DNA of 39,033 nt from an uncultured archaeon (GTDB taxonomy: Archaea > Asgardarchaeota > Heimdallarchaeia > Heimdallarchaeales > Heimdallarchaeaceae): assembly GCA_964549075.1 (NCBI GenBank), contig CAZJUB010000020.1:1-39033 (forward strand). Direction: 5' to 3'. Every line of letters begins with the position of its first letter. The first letter of the stretch is position 1. The position numbers and the translations under genes are program-made. This document shows, in pieces, positions 8,692 to 17,435 of the stretch. The notes below the pieces were generated by a model. The model was not told where the DNA came from, did not search any database, and saw only the letters and a list, made by a program, of their open reading frames with translations.

Positions 8692-9372
8692 TTGATTGAA
8701 ACAGGTGAGCTCGTGGAAGAAGAAATATCAACTCCCTATTTATCAAATGAAGTCGAGTTAGCCAAGTCTGGTCCTGTTTACATATTTCTTCAACTTATGA
8801 AAGTCACTGCATGGAGAAGATTCGCTCACCACCCCACTTGTAGTGTTTACAAAAATCATTATTATAAAATCGGAAAAATTTGTCTGTGTGTTGGTTGTAC
8901 TTCTCTTTATTCTTCTATTATAATCTCTCTGATATTTTTTCTTTCATTTATGAATTTTTTTAGGCTAAATCCGAACTATTTAGCGTTCACCTTTGTTATA
9001 GGAATATTAGGTCCATTCATTCATTTTGCTATCAGACCAAAAAACAAGTGGTTAAAGACTTTATTTCGAGTTTTAGCTGGTTTAGCTTTAGGAGCTTATA
9101 TGGGATTAATTGTTTTGTTAGGTCTAAAGTACTGGTGGTTACAGATAATAATGCTACTCTTTATTGTAGCTGGATTTAGTCTCTATGGTTGGATGAGAGG
9201 TAAAAGAGCTAATCTAAGATATTGTGAAACTTGTCCCCTTCATTATGCTGAACCTCCTTGTCTCCCTGAAAGAAATACTAGGATTAAAATTAAGAAAATA
9301 AATGATTTTGTTGCTAAACAGTTGAAAGAAAAAAAGGCTAAAAATGAACAAAAGAAACAATGGCTTTACTAA
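8692..9372 (+). CDS. 4-TM membrane protein with His/Cys motifs (DUF2085-like)
   Basis: AHHPTC..Y..H...LCVGC..LY before TM1, four TM helices, and C-terminal CETCPLHYAEPPC. Confidence 0.75.
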   Translation: MIETGELVEEEISTPYLSNEVELAKSGPVYIFLQLMKVTAWRRFAHHPTCSVYKNHYYKIGKICLCVGCTSLYSSIIISLIFFLSFMNFFRLNPNYLAFTFVIGILGPFIHFAIRPKNKWLKTLFRVLAGLALGAYMGLIVLLGLKYWWLQIIMLLFIVAGFSLYGWMRGKRANLRYCETCPLHYAEPPCLPERNTRIKIKKINDFVAKQLKEKKAKNEQKKQWLY

Positions 9373-9794
9373 AGAAAGGTAAAGAACCAATCTTTGATCA
9401 TTTCCCAGATGTATTTTATAAAAGTTTGAACATCTAATGTTGGATCTCCAATCTGTGCTGAAGCATTTATTTGACTACTTCCACAAGAACAACTGTCACA
9501 ACTATTTTGACAAGCATTACTACAGCTGTTATTGCATGCATTGCTACATGTTTCATCACAACCACAATCACAAGTACAACTACTACAAGCACTTTGACAT
9601 ATTTGAGAGATTGAGTACCCAACAAGATAAATAATACCAATTGCTATAAGTCCAAGAACTATTAGCGACCCAAATACTATAGAAACTATAATAATGATTC
9701 TTCTTCTTTTCTTTCTTTTTTGTGCTTCTAAATCTTCAAGTTCTATAGGTGGAGGGGGAGAATATTCTTCTTTTGGTGGTGGTTGGTCATCCAT
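9369..9794 (-). CDS. Single-TM Cys-rich protein (13 Cys in 39 residues)
   Basis: Pro/acidic N-terminus, KRKKRRR, long TM, CQSACSSCTCDCGCDETCSNACNNSCSNACQNSCDSCSC, then an aromatic amphipathic C-terminus; paralogous to the next gene. Confidence 0.85.
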   Translation of the reverse strand: MDDQPPPKEEYSPPPPIELEDLEAQKRKKRRRIIIIVSIVFGSLIVLGLIAIGIIYLVGYSISQICQSACSSCTCDCGCDETCSNACNNSCSNACQNSCDSCSCGSSQINASAQIGDPTLDVQTFIKYIWEMIKDWFFTFL

Positions 9795-9848
9795 CAGATT
9801 GTCATAACAAAACTAGAATAAAAATGTTCTTGAGAAATGTAATCTAGT

Positions 9849-10163
9849 TTAGAAGAAATTGAAAAGCCAATCCTTTAAGCTCTCCCAAGTATAGTGAGTC
9901 AAAGATTGAAAATCTATGTTTGAATTACCAATATCTGCAGATGCAATCATATCATTACTGTTACAAGCATCATTGCAGCTGTTGCTACAAGCTGTTCCAC
10001 AAGCGTTAGCACAGGTAGTAGCTAAAACTTGAGTGAAAAGCAACAATATCGCTATAATTATTCCTGCAAGTACGATTAAAGAGCCAAATACAATCAAAAT
10101 AATGATAATTATCTTCTTTCGTTTCTTCTTCCTTTTCAAATCTGGATCAATATCACTCATCAA
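9849..10163 (-). CDS. Single-TM CxxxC-repeat protein (5 Cys), paralogue of 9369..9794
   Basis: KRKKKRKK, TM with shared IVFGSLIVL, CANACGTACSNSCNDAC, ASA.IG and WE..KDW.F.F. Confidence 0.85.
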   Translation of the reverse strand: MMSDIDPDLKRKKKRKKIIIIILIVFGSLIVLAGIIIAILLLFTQVLATTCANACGTACSNSCNDACNSNDMIASADIGNSNIDFQSLTHYTWESLKDWLFNFF

Positions 10164-10308
10164 TACAAATGTGTAATCTTTAAAGTTATAAGAATTATTA
10201 TAGTCTCAGCGAGTTTAGAACGACATCTCTGCTTTTTTCAAATTTTCTTTCGTTTTTAAATCATTTTGCTTATTATAGTACAGAATAAAGGAATCATTTA
10301 GGATAGAT

Positions 10309-12084
10309 TTGATGAGTACTACTGATAATACCTATAGTCAAATTATTTTGGGAACTTTAGTAAAAGACAACACTCTTTTAATTTTTCCTCAGTACATTGA
10401 TCTAAATCCAATTTTCTCGCTTTTATTTCGTTATTTCAAAGACAAGGATCCCCAGAAAAAAATAGGTATAATTCTTAATAAAGCAGAATCTGTAACGATT
10501 TTCAAGGATTTTATTGATTCACACACATCTCAAATGCCAATCGAATACATTAAATCTACACAGTCGCTTGATTCTAGAAAAGAAAAATATTCGAAGGCAG
10601 ATATATTATTGATCACTCCTCAACTTCTTCGTAATGATATTCTCAGACAAATGATTTCGCCAGATAATTTTGTCTTTCTTTTCTTTACAGACGCTATCCT
10701 CGTAAAAGGGAAACATGCTGCTGCACAATTAATGGAAATTTTTCAACAAAACTCAATTTTTGTAAGAACTGCAGGATTGATTCAGGAGCGAGTTCAAGAA
10801 GTTGAAAAACTTGAGGAAATTTGCGAGAAATTACTTATCACTAAGATTGAGTATATTGAAGAAAAAAATCAAATAAACTCATTTTATAAATCTTTAGAAG
10901 AGAAAATAACTGTTCCTATTAACAAATCAATGTATGAATTTTGTTTTGAAATAAATCGATATATCAAAGAATATCAATTATTCTTAAAAGAGAAAGGGAT
11001 TAACAAACCACTTTCAGTTAGAAAAGAGTTTCCAGATTTTGTTTTGAGTCTTAGAAAACACTATGATTATGATCAACAACAGATTCTTATCAGAAAAGCG
11101 ATTGAGCTTATGAATTTTATTTCAATAAAGGAGCTAGTAGAAGCTTCTGGTCCAACTACTGCGTTAGCATTTATGGAACGCTTAAAGAAAAGAGAAGAAA
11201 TAGAGGAGGATAAATTCAGTAGTTTAACAACCAAATTTGCTAGAACACCGATTTTTGAAGAACTTTTTTTAGAGATTGAAAAACTCTCAAATTCAACAAA
11301 ACACCCCAAACTTGATAGAATGACTGAATTAATAACATCAGTAAAAAGTAAGACCAATCTCAAACGCTTTTATATTATCGTTAATCATAAAACAGTTCTT
11401 CCAGAAATTGCTGAAACTATAAAAAGTATTGGATTAAAAGTAAAACTGCTCCCAAAGAGTCAGAGTAAAGAGAGGAAAAAAACACTAGAATTGCTTGAAA
11501 ATAATGACATTGATGTAATCATAGCTACTCATTTCATAAAAACTAGTGCAGAGGTGGTTATTTTCTTTAATACTCCTACAAGATATCAAACTTACTTAGA
11601 AAGTAAAAAACATTCAAAGAAAGTCTTCTTGTTAGTTACACATAGATCGCAAGAAGAACGAGTTTATCATAAATTTAGAAACAAAGAACAAATAGTAGGA
11701 AAAATCATTAATCATACAAGGATTCAAGAACGTTTAATTCTCAATCAACAGATTTTATTTGAAAATTCAATAGAAAAAAAGATGAACTCTCGAACAAAAG
11801 CTTTTGTTGATCTCGCGAAATCACTCTCGAAAACTAGGGAGGGGAGAGCTGAGAAAACTGAATACACTGAGAAGAAAGAATCAGAAATTACAGCTGAACA
11901 CATACAGTTTCTTGCAAACTGCTCATATATTGAAGCTAAAAAGATTTCATCATTGCTTCAAGAAAAAGATCTTGAAAGTATTAATTTTCTGTCAATTGAC
12001 GAAATATCAGAAATTTTCCCTAGGTCACGAGCTATAGAAATCGTAGAAAGTATTGAAGGAAGGAAGTACCTTGCAACAGATTGA
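10309..12084 (+). CDS. Degenerate Hef/FANCM-like (ERCC4-related) helicase with catalytic motifs lost and a C-terminal HhH-like domain (likely start ATG 10312)
   Basis: Hef landmarks occur in the expected order: NTLLIFP, TPQLLRND, HPKL, DVIIAT, VVIFF, VFLLVT..SQEE.VY. Walker A reads PQYIDLN, DEAH reads TDAI, and QRxGRxGR is absent. Confidence 0.7.
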   Translation: MMSTTDNTYSQIILGTLVKDNTLLIFPQYIDLNPIFSLLFRYFKDKDPQKKIGIILNKAESVTIFKDFIDSHTSQMPIEYIKSTQSLDSRKEKYSKADILLITPQLLRNDILRQMISPDNFVFLFFTDAILVKGKHAAAQLMEIFQQNSIFVRTAGLIQERVQEVEKLEEICEKLLITKIEYIEEKNQINSFYKSLEEKITVPINKSMYEFCFEINRYIKEYQLFLKEKGINKPLSVRKEFPDFVLSLRKHYDYDQQQILIRKAIELMNFISIKELVEASGPTTALAFMERLKKREEIEEDKFSSLTTKFARTPIFEELFLEIEKLSNSTKHPKLDRMTELITSVKSKTNLKRFYIIVNHKTVLPEIAETIKSIGLKVKLLPKSQSKERKKTLELLENNDIDVIIATHFIKTSAEVVIFFNTPTRYQTYLESKKHSKKVFLLVTHRSQEERVYHKFRNKEQIVGKIINHTRIQERLILNQQILFENSIEKKMNSRTKAFVDLAKSLSKTREGRAEKTEYTEKKESEITAEHIQFLANCSYIEAKKISSLLQEKDLESINFLSIDEISEIFPRSRAIEIVESIEGRKYLATD

Positions 12085-13864
12085 TACTGAAGAAGAAAGT
12101 TGGGAGATAGCAAAAATTATTTTCCCCTATGTTTCAATGAAATCACCTCAGAAGAAAATTATTCAGTCTATACTTTCTTCAAATCAACCTCTTCTTGTTA
12201 GTTCACAGATTGGCGTAGGAAAAACAGCAGCATTACTTACTGCATTACTTTCACTCAAAGAACCAGATGAAAAGATAATTATCTTTGTAAGAACAAAGGC
12301 TCAAATCAATGTTTTTTTGAGAGAGCTTTCAAATATCTTCAGACAGATAGTTAAACATTGGGATGTCTTAGAATCTCATTTTGTTAATTTTCCCATTTTT
12401 GTTCCGTTTTTAGGTAAAAATGAGCTGTGTTTAAAAGCTAAAAAAGATTATCCCGGAGAACTTTACACACACATTTGTAATTTAACACGATGTCCTTTAA
12501 AAGCAAAGACACAAAGAGCTACTTTAGAAGACATAGTTGAATCAGTCAAGAAATTATACGAATCATTTTCTGAGGTGATTTCAAAAGAAGACATTCTAAC
12601 AAGCCTTAATTCAGATAAATACTGCCCTTATTTCTTCTCTTATTTTCTTATGCAAAAAGCTGATGTAATAATTACAAGCTATCCATTTCTCGAAAATAGC
12701 GCACTATTTACACGGTTGTATTATAGCATAGGTACATCAGTTTCGAAGACACTAGTAGCTATAGATGAAGCTCATAACCTTTACAAACCAATTAACCAAG
12801 AGATCACTAGGACATTCATAGAAAATGCAGCTAAAGAACTTCCACATCACATTTATACAGAAGTGTTGGAGATGATAGATACACAAAGTGTGATTCACAA
12901 TAAATTTGATGAAATAAAATTAAAGTCCCTAGAAGATGAATTATTTTCGTTATTACAATCTCAGTTGATACATAATAATCCTCCTGCTTTTTATGCTTAC
13001 ATTGTTTATCATTTTTTGCTTTCATCACAGGATAGAGTTTTGCTTTCTGATGGTCAAAAATTATCTATTGTAAATACACAACCTTCTGATATCCTTAAGA
13101 AATTCTCAGAAGCACGAAGATTTGCTTTAGTTTCAGGTAGTTTTGAACCTGTTCGTTCTTTTCAACAAATCTTCAATCTACCTAACTCTAAGATTTTGCA
13201 AGTTTTCCCACCTAAAGAAGAAATAGAAGCAAAATACTTTATTCTTTGTAATCAAAAACTCAACGGAAAGTATGAGAATAGAACGCATGAATATTATATT
13301 CTTATTGCGAGTACTATTCAGAAGCTTTTCGAAGCTATTGATGGTCACACCTTAATCTTTGTTCCAAGTTACAAATATATGAAAGAACTAGAACAAACTG
13401 GAGTTCTAGAGGCAGATATTATTGAGAACAAAGAGTTAGATATTACCACGCTCCAAGCAATTATATCTAGTTCTGATCAAAAAAAGTTAATAATTTGTGT
13501 AATCGGTGGTAGAATAAGTGAAGGCATCGAATTTTCTTTCCAAGGAAGAAGTCTCATCAAAGGTATAATCATCACTGCATTACCCTATCCTCCTCCTTCA
13601 CATGAAAATAAAATAATCCAGGAAGATTTAACACAAAAATTCGGTCCTTCAGTAGCTAAAGAATTTACTGTTATAATTCCAATGGTTCAGAGATTAGCCC
13701 AAAGTTTTGGTCGAGCTATAAGAAATAAAGGAGATAGAGCTGTTCATATACTTCTAGATCCAAGAGGAACCCAATTTACGCAAGATTTTCCTTTTGAGAG
13801 ACACAGTTCTGTAAAAACACTAAAATCGAAAATCCGAAACTTTTTTCAAGGTCCAAAAGTTTAG
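12053..13864 (+). CDS. XPD/Rad3/DinG-family Fe-S cluster DNA helicase (likely start TTG 12071)
   Basis: Q motif FPYVSMKSPQ; Walker A GVGKT; Fe-S Cys in GKNELC..C....C..CPYF; ADVIITSY; IDEAHN; FVPSY; GRISEGIEF; LPYP; QSFGRAIR..GD. Confidence 0.9.
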   Translation: MKEGSTLQQIDTEEESWEIAKIIFPYVSMKSPQKKIIQSILSSNQPLLVSSQIGVGKTAALLTALLSLKEPDEKIIIFVRTKAQINVFLRELSNIFRQIVKHWDVLESHFVNFPIFVPFLGKNELCLKAKKDYPGELYTHICNLTRCPLKAKTQRATLEDIVESVKKLYESFSEVISKEDILTSLNSDKYCPYFFSYFLMQKADVIITSYPFLENSALFTRLYYSIGTSVSKTLVAIDEAHNLYKPINQEITRTFIENAAKELPHHIYTEVLEMIDTQSVIHNKFDEIKLKSLEDELFSLLQSQLIHNNPPAFYAYIVYHFLLSSQDRVLLSDGQKLSIVNTQPSDILKKFSEARRFALVSGSFEPVRSFQQIFNLPNSKILQVFPPKEEIEAKYFILCNQKLNGKYENRTHEYYILIASTIQKLFEAIDGHTLIFVPSYKYMKELEQTGVLEADIIENKELDITTLQAIISSSDQKKLIICVIGGRISEGIEFSFQGRSLIKGIIITALPYPPPSHENKIIQEDLTQKFGPSVAKEFTVIIPMVQRLAQSFGRAIRNKGDRAVHILLDPRGTQFTQDFPFERHSSVKTLKSKIRNFFQGPKV

Positions 13865-13868
13865 TCAA

Positions 13869-14888
13869 TTGTCCAAAATGAGCATAGCTTCCAAGGTGTC
13901 TAGAATACTATTTTTCCTTCTCTTAATTCTAGCTCCTTTATCTTTTACTCAAGCTACAACCAATCATGAAGGAACTGTAAACAAATTAAATATCATTGTA
14001 GACCCTGCTTCAGCTTGGTCAGAAGATTTCAATGCTACTGCTCTCGGATTAATCTCAGTAAGATGCATTCCAGGAAACGCAAGTTACCTTTATCACTTAA
14101 CAATTCATAATGGGACTAACTATCAGATAATTAGTAGATCTAATATAACAGGAGATATTTTCTTCAATTTCATTTGGGAGGGATTATTCAGAGCCTATAT
14201 CTGGAATCCCGGTGAAGAAGAACTTGAGATTGATCTGGAATTAAATAGTGATAGACTAACTGATACAGAGGATTTCGGTTATACTTTTGATTTTGAAGAA
14301 AACAGATGTATTCAAACAACTGTTGCAGCTTATACTGAACGTATTCTCTATATTGATGAAATAGAGAGAGGGAAGTATAAGATCAAACTTTCAGCTTTTG
14401 AAGATGATGCTAATCTGAATTTCTTTATAACTGATGTCAATCCGCTTATAGATACTGATTGGAAGGATTCCGCAACAGTTGTTTCTTGGTCAGAATTTAT
14501 GGAAAAAGATTTCCAGATAGGAGAAAGATACAATTGGATAGTACTTTCTTCACTTGATGGAGCAGCTCATACCGTTACAGTAGTAATGGTTTACTTAGGA
14601 GGACAAGGTTTACGAACTCAAGATATAGTTATCGCTATAGTTTTAGTTTCTGCTCTAATTCTACTTCTACTTACTCAAGCTACAAACAAGAAAAAACGTA
14701 AAAATAGAAAAAGCTACTATAGTACTAAACTTTCCCGTCAAGAAGTTCAAAAACAGCTTCATCTTTCTTCTCAAGTTGATATAAGGTATGAAGGTGGAAG
14801 GTATGTTTATGTACCACCTGATTTAACGAATCCTGAATTATTAGATGAAGGATTAGTTGATGATGAAGAGAAGGAAAATTCAGAGTAA
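13869..14888 (+). CDS. Type I membrane protein: signal peptide, two beta-sandwich-like domains, TM, basic-then-acidic tail (likely start ATG 13878)
   Basis: Signal-like ILFFLLLILAPLSFTQA; TM IVIAIVLVSALILLLL followed by KKKRKNRK. Confidence 0.8.
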   Translation: MSKMSIASKVSRILFFLLLILAPLSFTQATTNHEGTVNKLNIIVDPASAWSEDFNATALGLISVRCIPGNASYLYHLTIHNGTNYQIISRSNITGDIFFNFIWEGLFRAYIWNPGEEELEIDLELNSDRLTDTEDFGYTFDFEENRCIQTTVAAYTERILYIDEIERGKYKIKLSAFEDDANLNFFITDVNPLIDTDWKDSATVVSWSEFMEKDFQIGERYNWIVLSSLDGAAHTVTVVMVYLGGQGLRTQDIVIAIVLVSALILLLLTQATNKKKRKNRKSYYSTKLSRQEVQKQLHLSSQVDIRYEGGRYVYVPPDLTNPELLDEGLVDDEEKENSE

Positions 14889-15770
14889 ATCTAAATCAAA
14901 ATTTCTAGCAGTTACTAAACCCATAACCGTTATTCCTGTATGACAGACTATTGCATTACCAACAAAAAATTGCTCGATTCTTTTTATCTTCGGTTTCTTG
15001 GTTTCCCTAATCATTTTCTTGAATTTATCATTCTCTGCTCTTGGGATGGTTTCAGCTACCCATACTGTCAACTCATCTTCAGGTTCATAACATTTCCATA
15101 CCTCTTCAAGCAATTTTCTACAAGTTCTCTCAACACCTATATCATTCCCTACTGGTTTAAGAGCTCCATCTACTAAAGTAAGAATAGGATATGCATGAAC
15201 AAAGTCAGCAAGATAATATTGTATTCTTCCAATTCTCCCACTCTGGAAAATATGTGTCAAATCTGTAACCATTAAAAAGACTTGAACATCGTTATCGCGA
15301 AAGTGAGTAATTTTCTTAACGATAGTATCAATATCGTCTCCATCTTTTAGCAACTGTACTGCTTTTAAGACGATAGCTCCAAGGAAGTAAGAAGCGCCTT
15401 TGGAATCAAAAATTGTTATTTCTGGACAATTTTTGTTCTGTTTTTTAATCTGTCTTTTGAACTGTTTTACAGTACTGTTAACAACGTTCATGGTTCCTGA
15501 TAATGGAGGAGAAACGTGTATCATTAACAAATGGTCATAATCAAGATTCCTTTCTAACACATTCCAAACATTTTGAGGTGATGGTTGACTTGTTTTTGCT
15601 GATTTGGAATTTGCGATCAAATCATAAAATTTTTCAGCAGAAGTACTTCCATCATCCAAATATTCCACTTCGTTGATAATTGCATAAGCAGAGATTATAT
15701 CAACATTATATTTTTCAGCTAATTCAGGTGTGAGATTCGAAGTTGAATCAGTGATAATTTTAATTTTCAC
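14880..15770 (-). CDS. DegV family fatty-acid-binding protein
   Basis: KIITDSTSNL, KTSQPSP, S..LSGT, FDS, L.H...SGRI, HTG. The GTG at 15770 fits the family N-terminus better than the track start at 15791. Confidence 0.9.
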   Translation of the reverse strand: MKIKIITDSTSNLTPELAEKYNVDIISAYAIINEVEYLDDGSTSAEKFYDLIANSKSAKTSQPSPQNVWNVLERNLDYDHLLMIHVSPPLSGTMNVVNSTVKQFKRQIKKQNKNCPEITIFDSKGASYFLGAIVLKAVQLLKDGDDIDTIVKKITHFRDNDVQVFLMVTDLTHIFQSGRIGRIQYYLADFVHAYPILTLVDGALKPVGNDIGVERTCRKLLEEVWKCYEPEDELTVWVAETIPRAENDKFKKMIRETKKPKIKRIEQFFVGNAIVCHTGITVMGLVTARNFDLDLL

Positions 15771-15845
15771 AGTAGAGAAACTAAATAACAATTTAATAAA
15801 CTATTTCCCATTTTAGCAAAATTCTTATTAACTGAGTCAAACAAT

Positions 15846-16376
15846 ATGTTGCTCATGAAAATATACAAATTTATTATAGGAATTCTATTGTTTGCAGTAC
15901 CAATAACTTTCCATGGTGCTCCAGGAGAATATGTAATGCATGCACCTATAGGAACACTCTTAGCTGATAGTGGAGGGGTAACATTTTCAGTTCACACTTT
16001 TGCTTTGTATACAAATGAAGCTAGTTTAGAGTATGCAATTTCTGCTGATTCTGCAGCTGATTTAGCGGCATTTGAATATTATCGGGAAGCAGAAGGATTT
16101 GGAACAAAATTAGCTGTTGAAGGTCTATTAACAATTATTATATTGTTTGGATTAGCTTTGTATATCATATCATCAATCGTTGATGTTAAAGCTTTGAATA
16201 TACTATCAGATTTATTGATGATAGGATTTGCGATAATGAGTTTAATCTGCTTTTTAAACTGGAATAGTTCAATCTGGGTTTCTTCATATAATTATGGGAT
16301 CCCAATTTTCACTATTATAGCAGGTTTACTGGGGATAGGAGGAGCTATTCATTCAGGTATAGAATTAAAGAAGTGA
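15846..16376 (+). CDS. Hypothetical 4-TM membrane protein
   Basis: One N-terminal TM, a ~60-aa loop, three further TMs; divergent from the DegV gene. Confidence 0.75.
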   Translation: MLLMKIYKFIIGILLFAVPITFHGAPGEYVMHAPIGTLLADSGGVTFSVHTFALYTNEASLEYAISADSAADLAAFEYYREAEGFGTKLAVEGLLTIIILFGLALYIISSIVDVKALNILSDLLMIGFAIMSLICFLNWNSSIWVSSYNYGIPIFTIIAGLLGIGGAIHSGIELKK

Positions 16377-16435
16377 TTGAATCACTTCAATTTATTTTTT
16401 CGAAAGATTTAGATATCTATATTTGTTGTTAATGT

Positions 16436-17386
16436 GTGAATAAGAAACTGATACATTGGATGAAAGCTTCAGTAATTATCTTAGGTTGGAGCTTAACACC
16501 AGTCATAGGAGAGTATTTAGTAGATAAAACTAGCCAAGTTACTGCGTACCAATTATCTTTTTTCAGATATCTTATCGCTGCAATTACGATATACATTATT
16601 TTAATGGTTCAAAGAAAAGTTACAAATAAAGAAATTCTCTCTTCTTTCAAAACCAATTGGTGGAAATATCTAATTGTCTCGATTTTTTGTGCTTTTATGC
16701 CAGTTTTCTTGTTCCTTTCAGTAAATACAACAACTGCTTCAACTGCTTCCTTTTTGTTAAACTCAAACGTAGTGCTAATTCCCATCATTTCTTACTTTGT
16801 TTTAAAAGAAAGAATTAGAAAGAGTTATTTCTTAGCTTTAGTTTTTGCTTTAGTTGGATTGTTTTTTGTTATATTTGATAAAAATATCTTGGATTTATCT
16901 AATCTCCCTCTAGGAACAATTGAAGGTAACCTATTAGCTTTTGGTTCAGGAGTTAGTTGGGCACTATATACAATATTTCTAAAAAAATTCTTTGCAAAAG
17001 ATAATCCACTCATGGTCACTTTCATCAGTTTATTTATGGCAAGTATTTATTTAGTCTTTTTTGCATTTCTTGTGACTCCAGCAGATATATCATTAGATCT
17101 TTTTGGAGTTTTTTTGCTTTTAGTGATCGCTGTTCTAGGAACATCGTTTGCATATAGTCTCTGGCTGGATATACTCTCGTATTTAACAACTACAGAAACA
17201 GGAATCCTTCAAGTGTTAGTGCCAATATTCTCAGTGATTTGGTCTGTAGCTTTTCTAGAAGAAGGGAAAGAATTAACATATTTCTTCGGAATAGGAGCTT
17301 TTCTGATTATAATCAGTATAATTGTATTTGAATTTGAGAGAGGTAGAACAAAGTTTCCTAAAATAGAAGAAAATAAGGAAAATTAA
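16436..17386 (+). CDS. DMT/EamA family transporter
   Basis: About ten TMs in two repeats; SFFRYLIA, LKERI, GNLLAFGSGVSWALY, GTSFAY.LW, P..S...S...L.E. Confidence 0.9.
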   Translation: MNKKLIHWMKASVIILGWSLTPVIGEYLVDKTSQVTAYQLSFFRYLIAAITIYIILMVQRKVTNKEILSSFKTNWWKYLIVSIFCAFMPVFLFLSVNTTTASTASFLLNSNVVLIPIISYFVLKERIRKSYFLALVFALVGLFFVIFDKNILDLSNLPLGTIEGNLLAFGSGVSWALYTIFLKKFFAKDNPLMVTFISLFMASIYLVFFAFLVTPADISLDLFGVFLLLVIAVLGTSFAYSLWLDILSYLTTTETGILQVLVPIFSVIWSVAFLEEGKELTYFFGIGAFLIIISIIVFEFERGRTKFPKIEENKEN

Positions 17387-17435
17387 AGTTGAAAGAGAGA
17401 AACCCTTTTTTGTATGAAGAAATCATATAGAATTA

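Noticed and set aside
9480-9600. Roughly 12-nt periodicity resembling a tandem repeat or mini-CRISPR
   Set aside because: Fully explained by CxxxC coding; there are no identical repeats with unique spacers.
9437-9634. 65-aa His/Cys/Tyr-rich plus-strand ORF that looks metal-binding
   Set aside because: It is the antisense shadow of the Cys codons of 9369..9794, which has a paralogue and a coherent architecture.
10309-12084. Calling the Hef-like gene a pseudogene
   Set aside because: The ORF is uninterrupted for 591 codons, has cleanly lost one domain and overlaps the next gene; a pseudo-enzyme fits better, though this is unproven.
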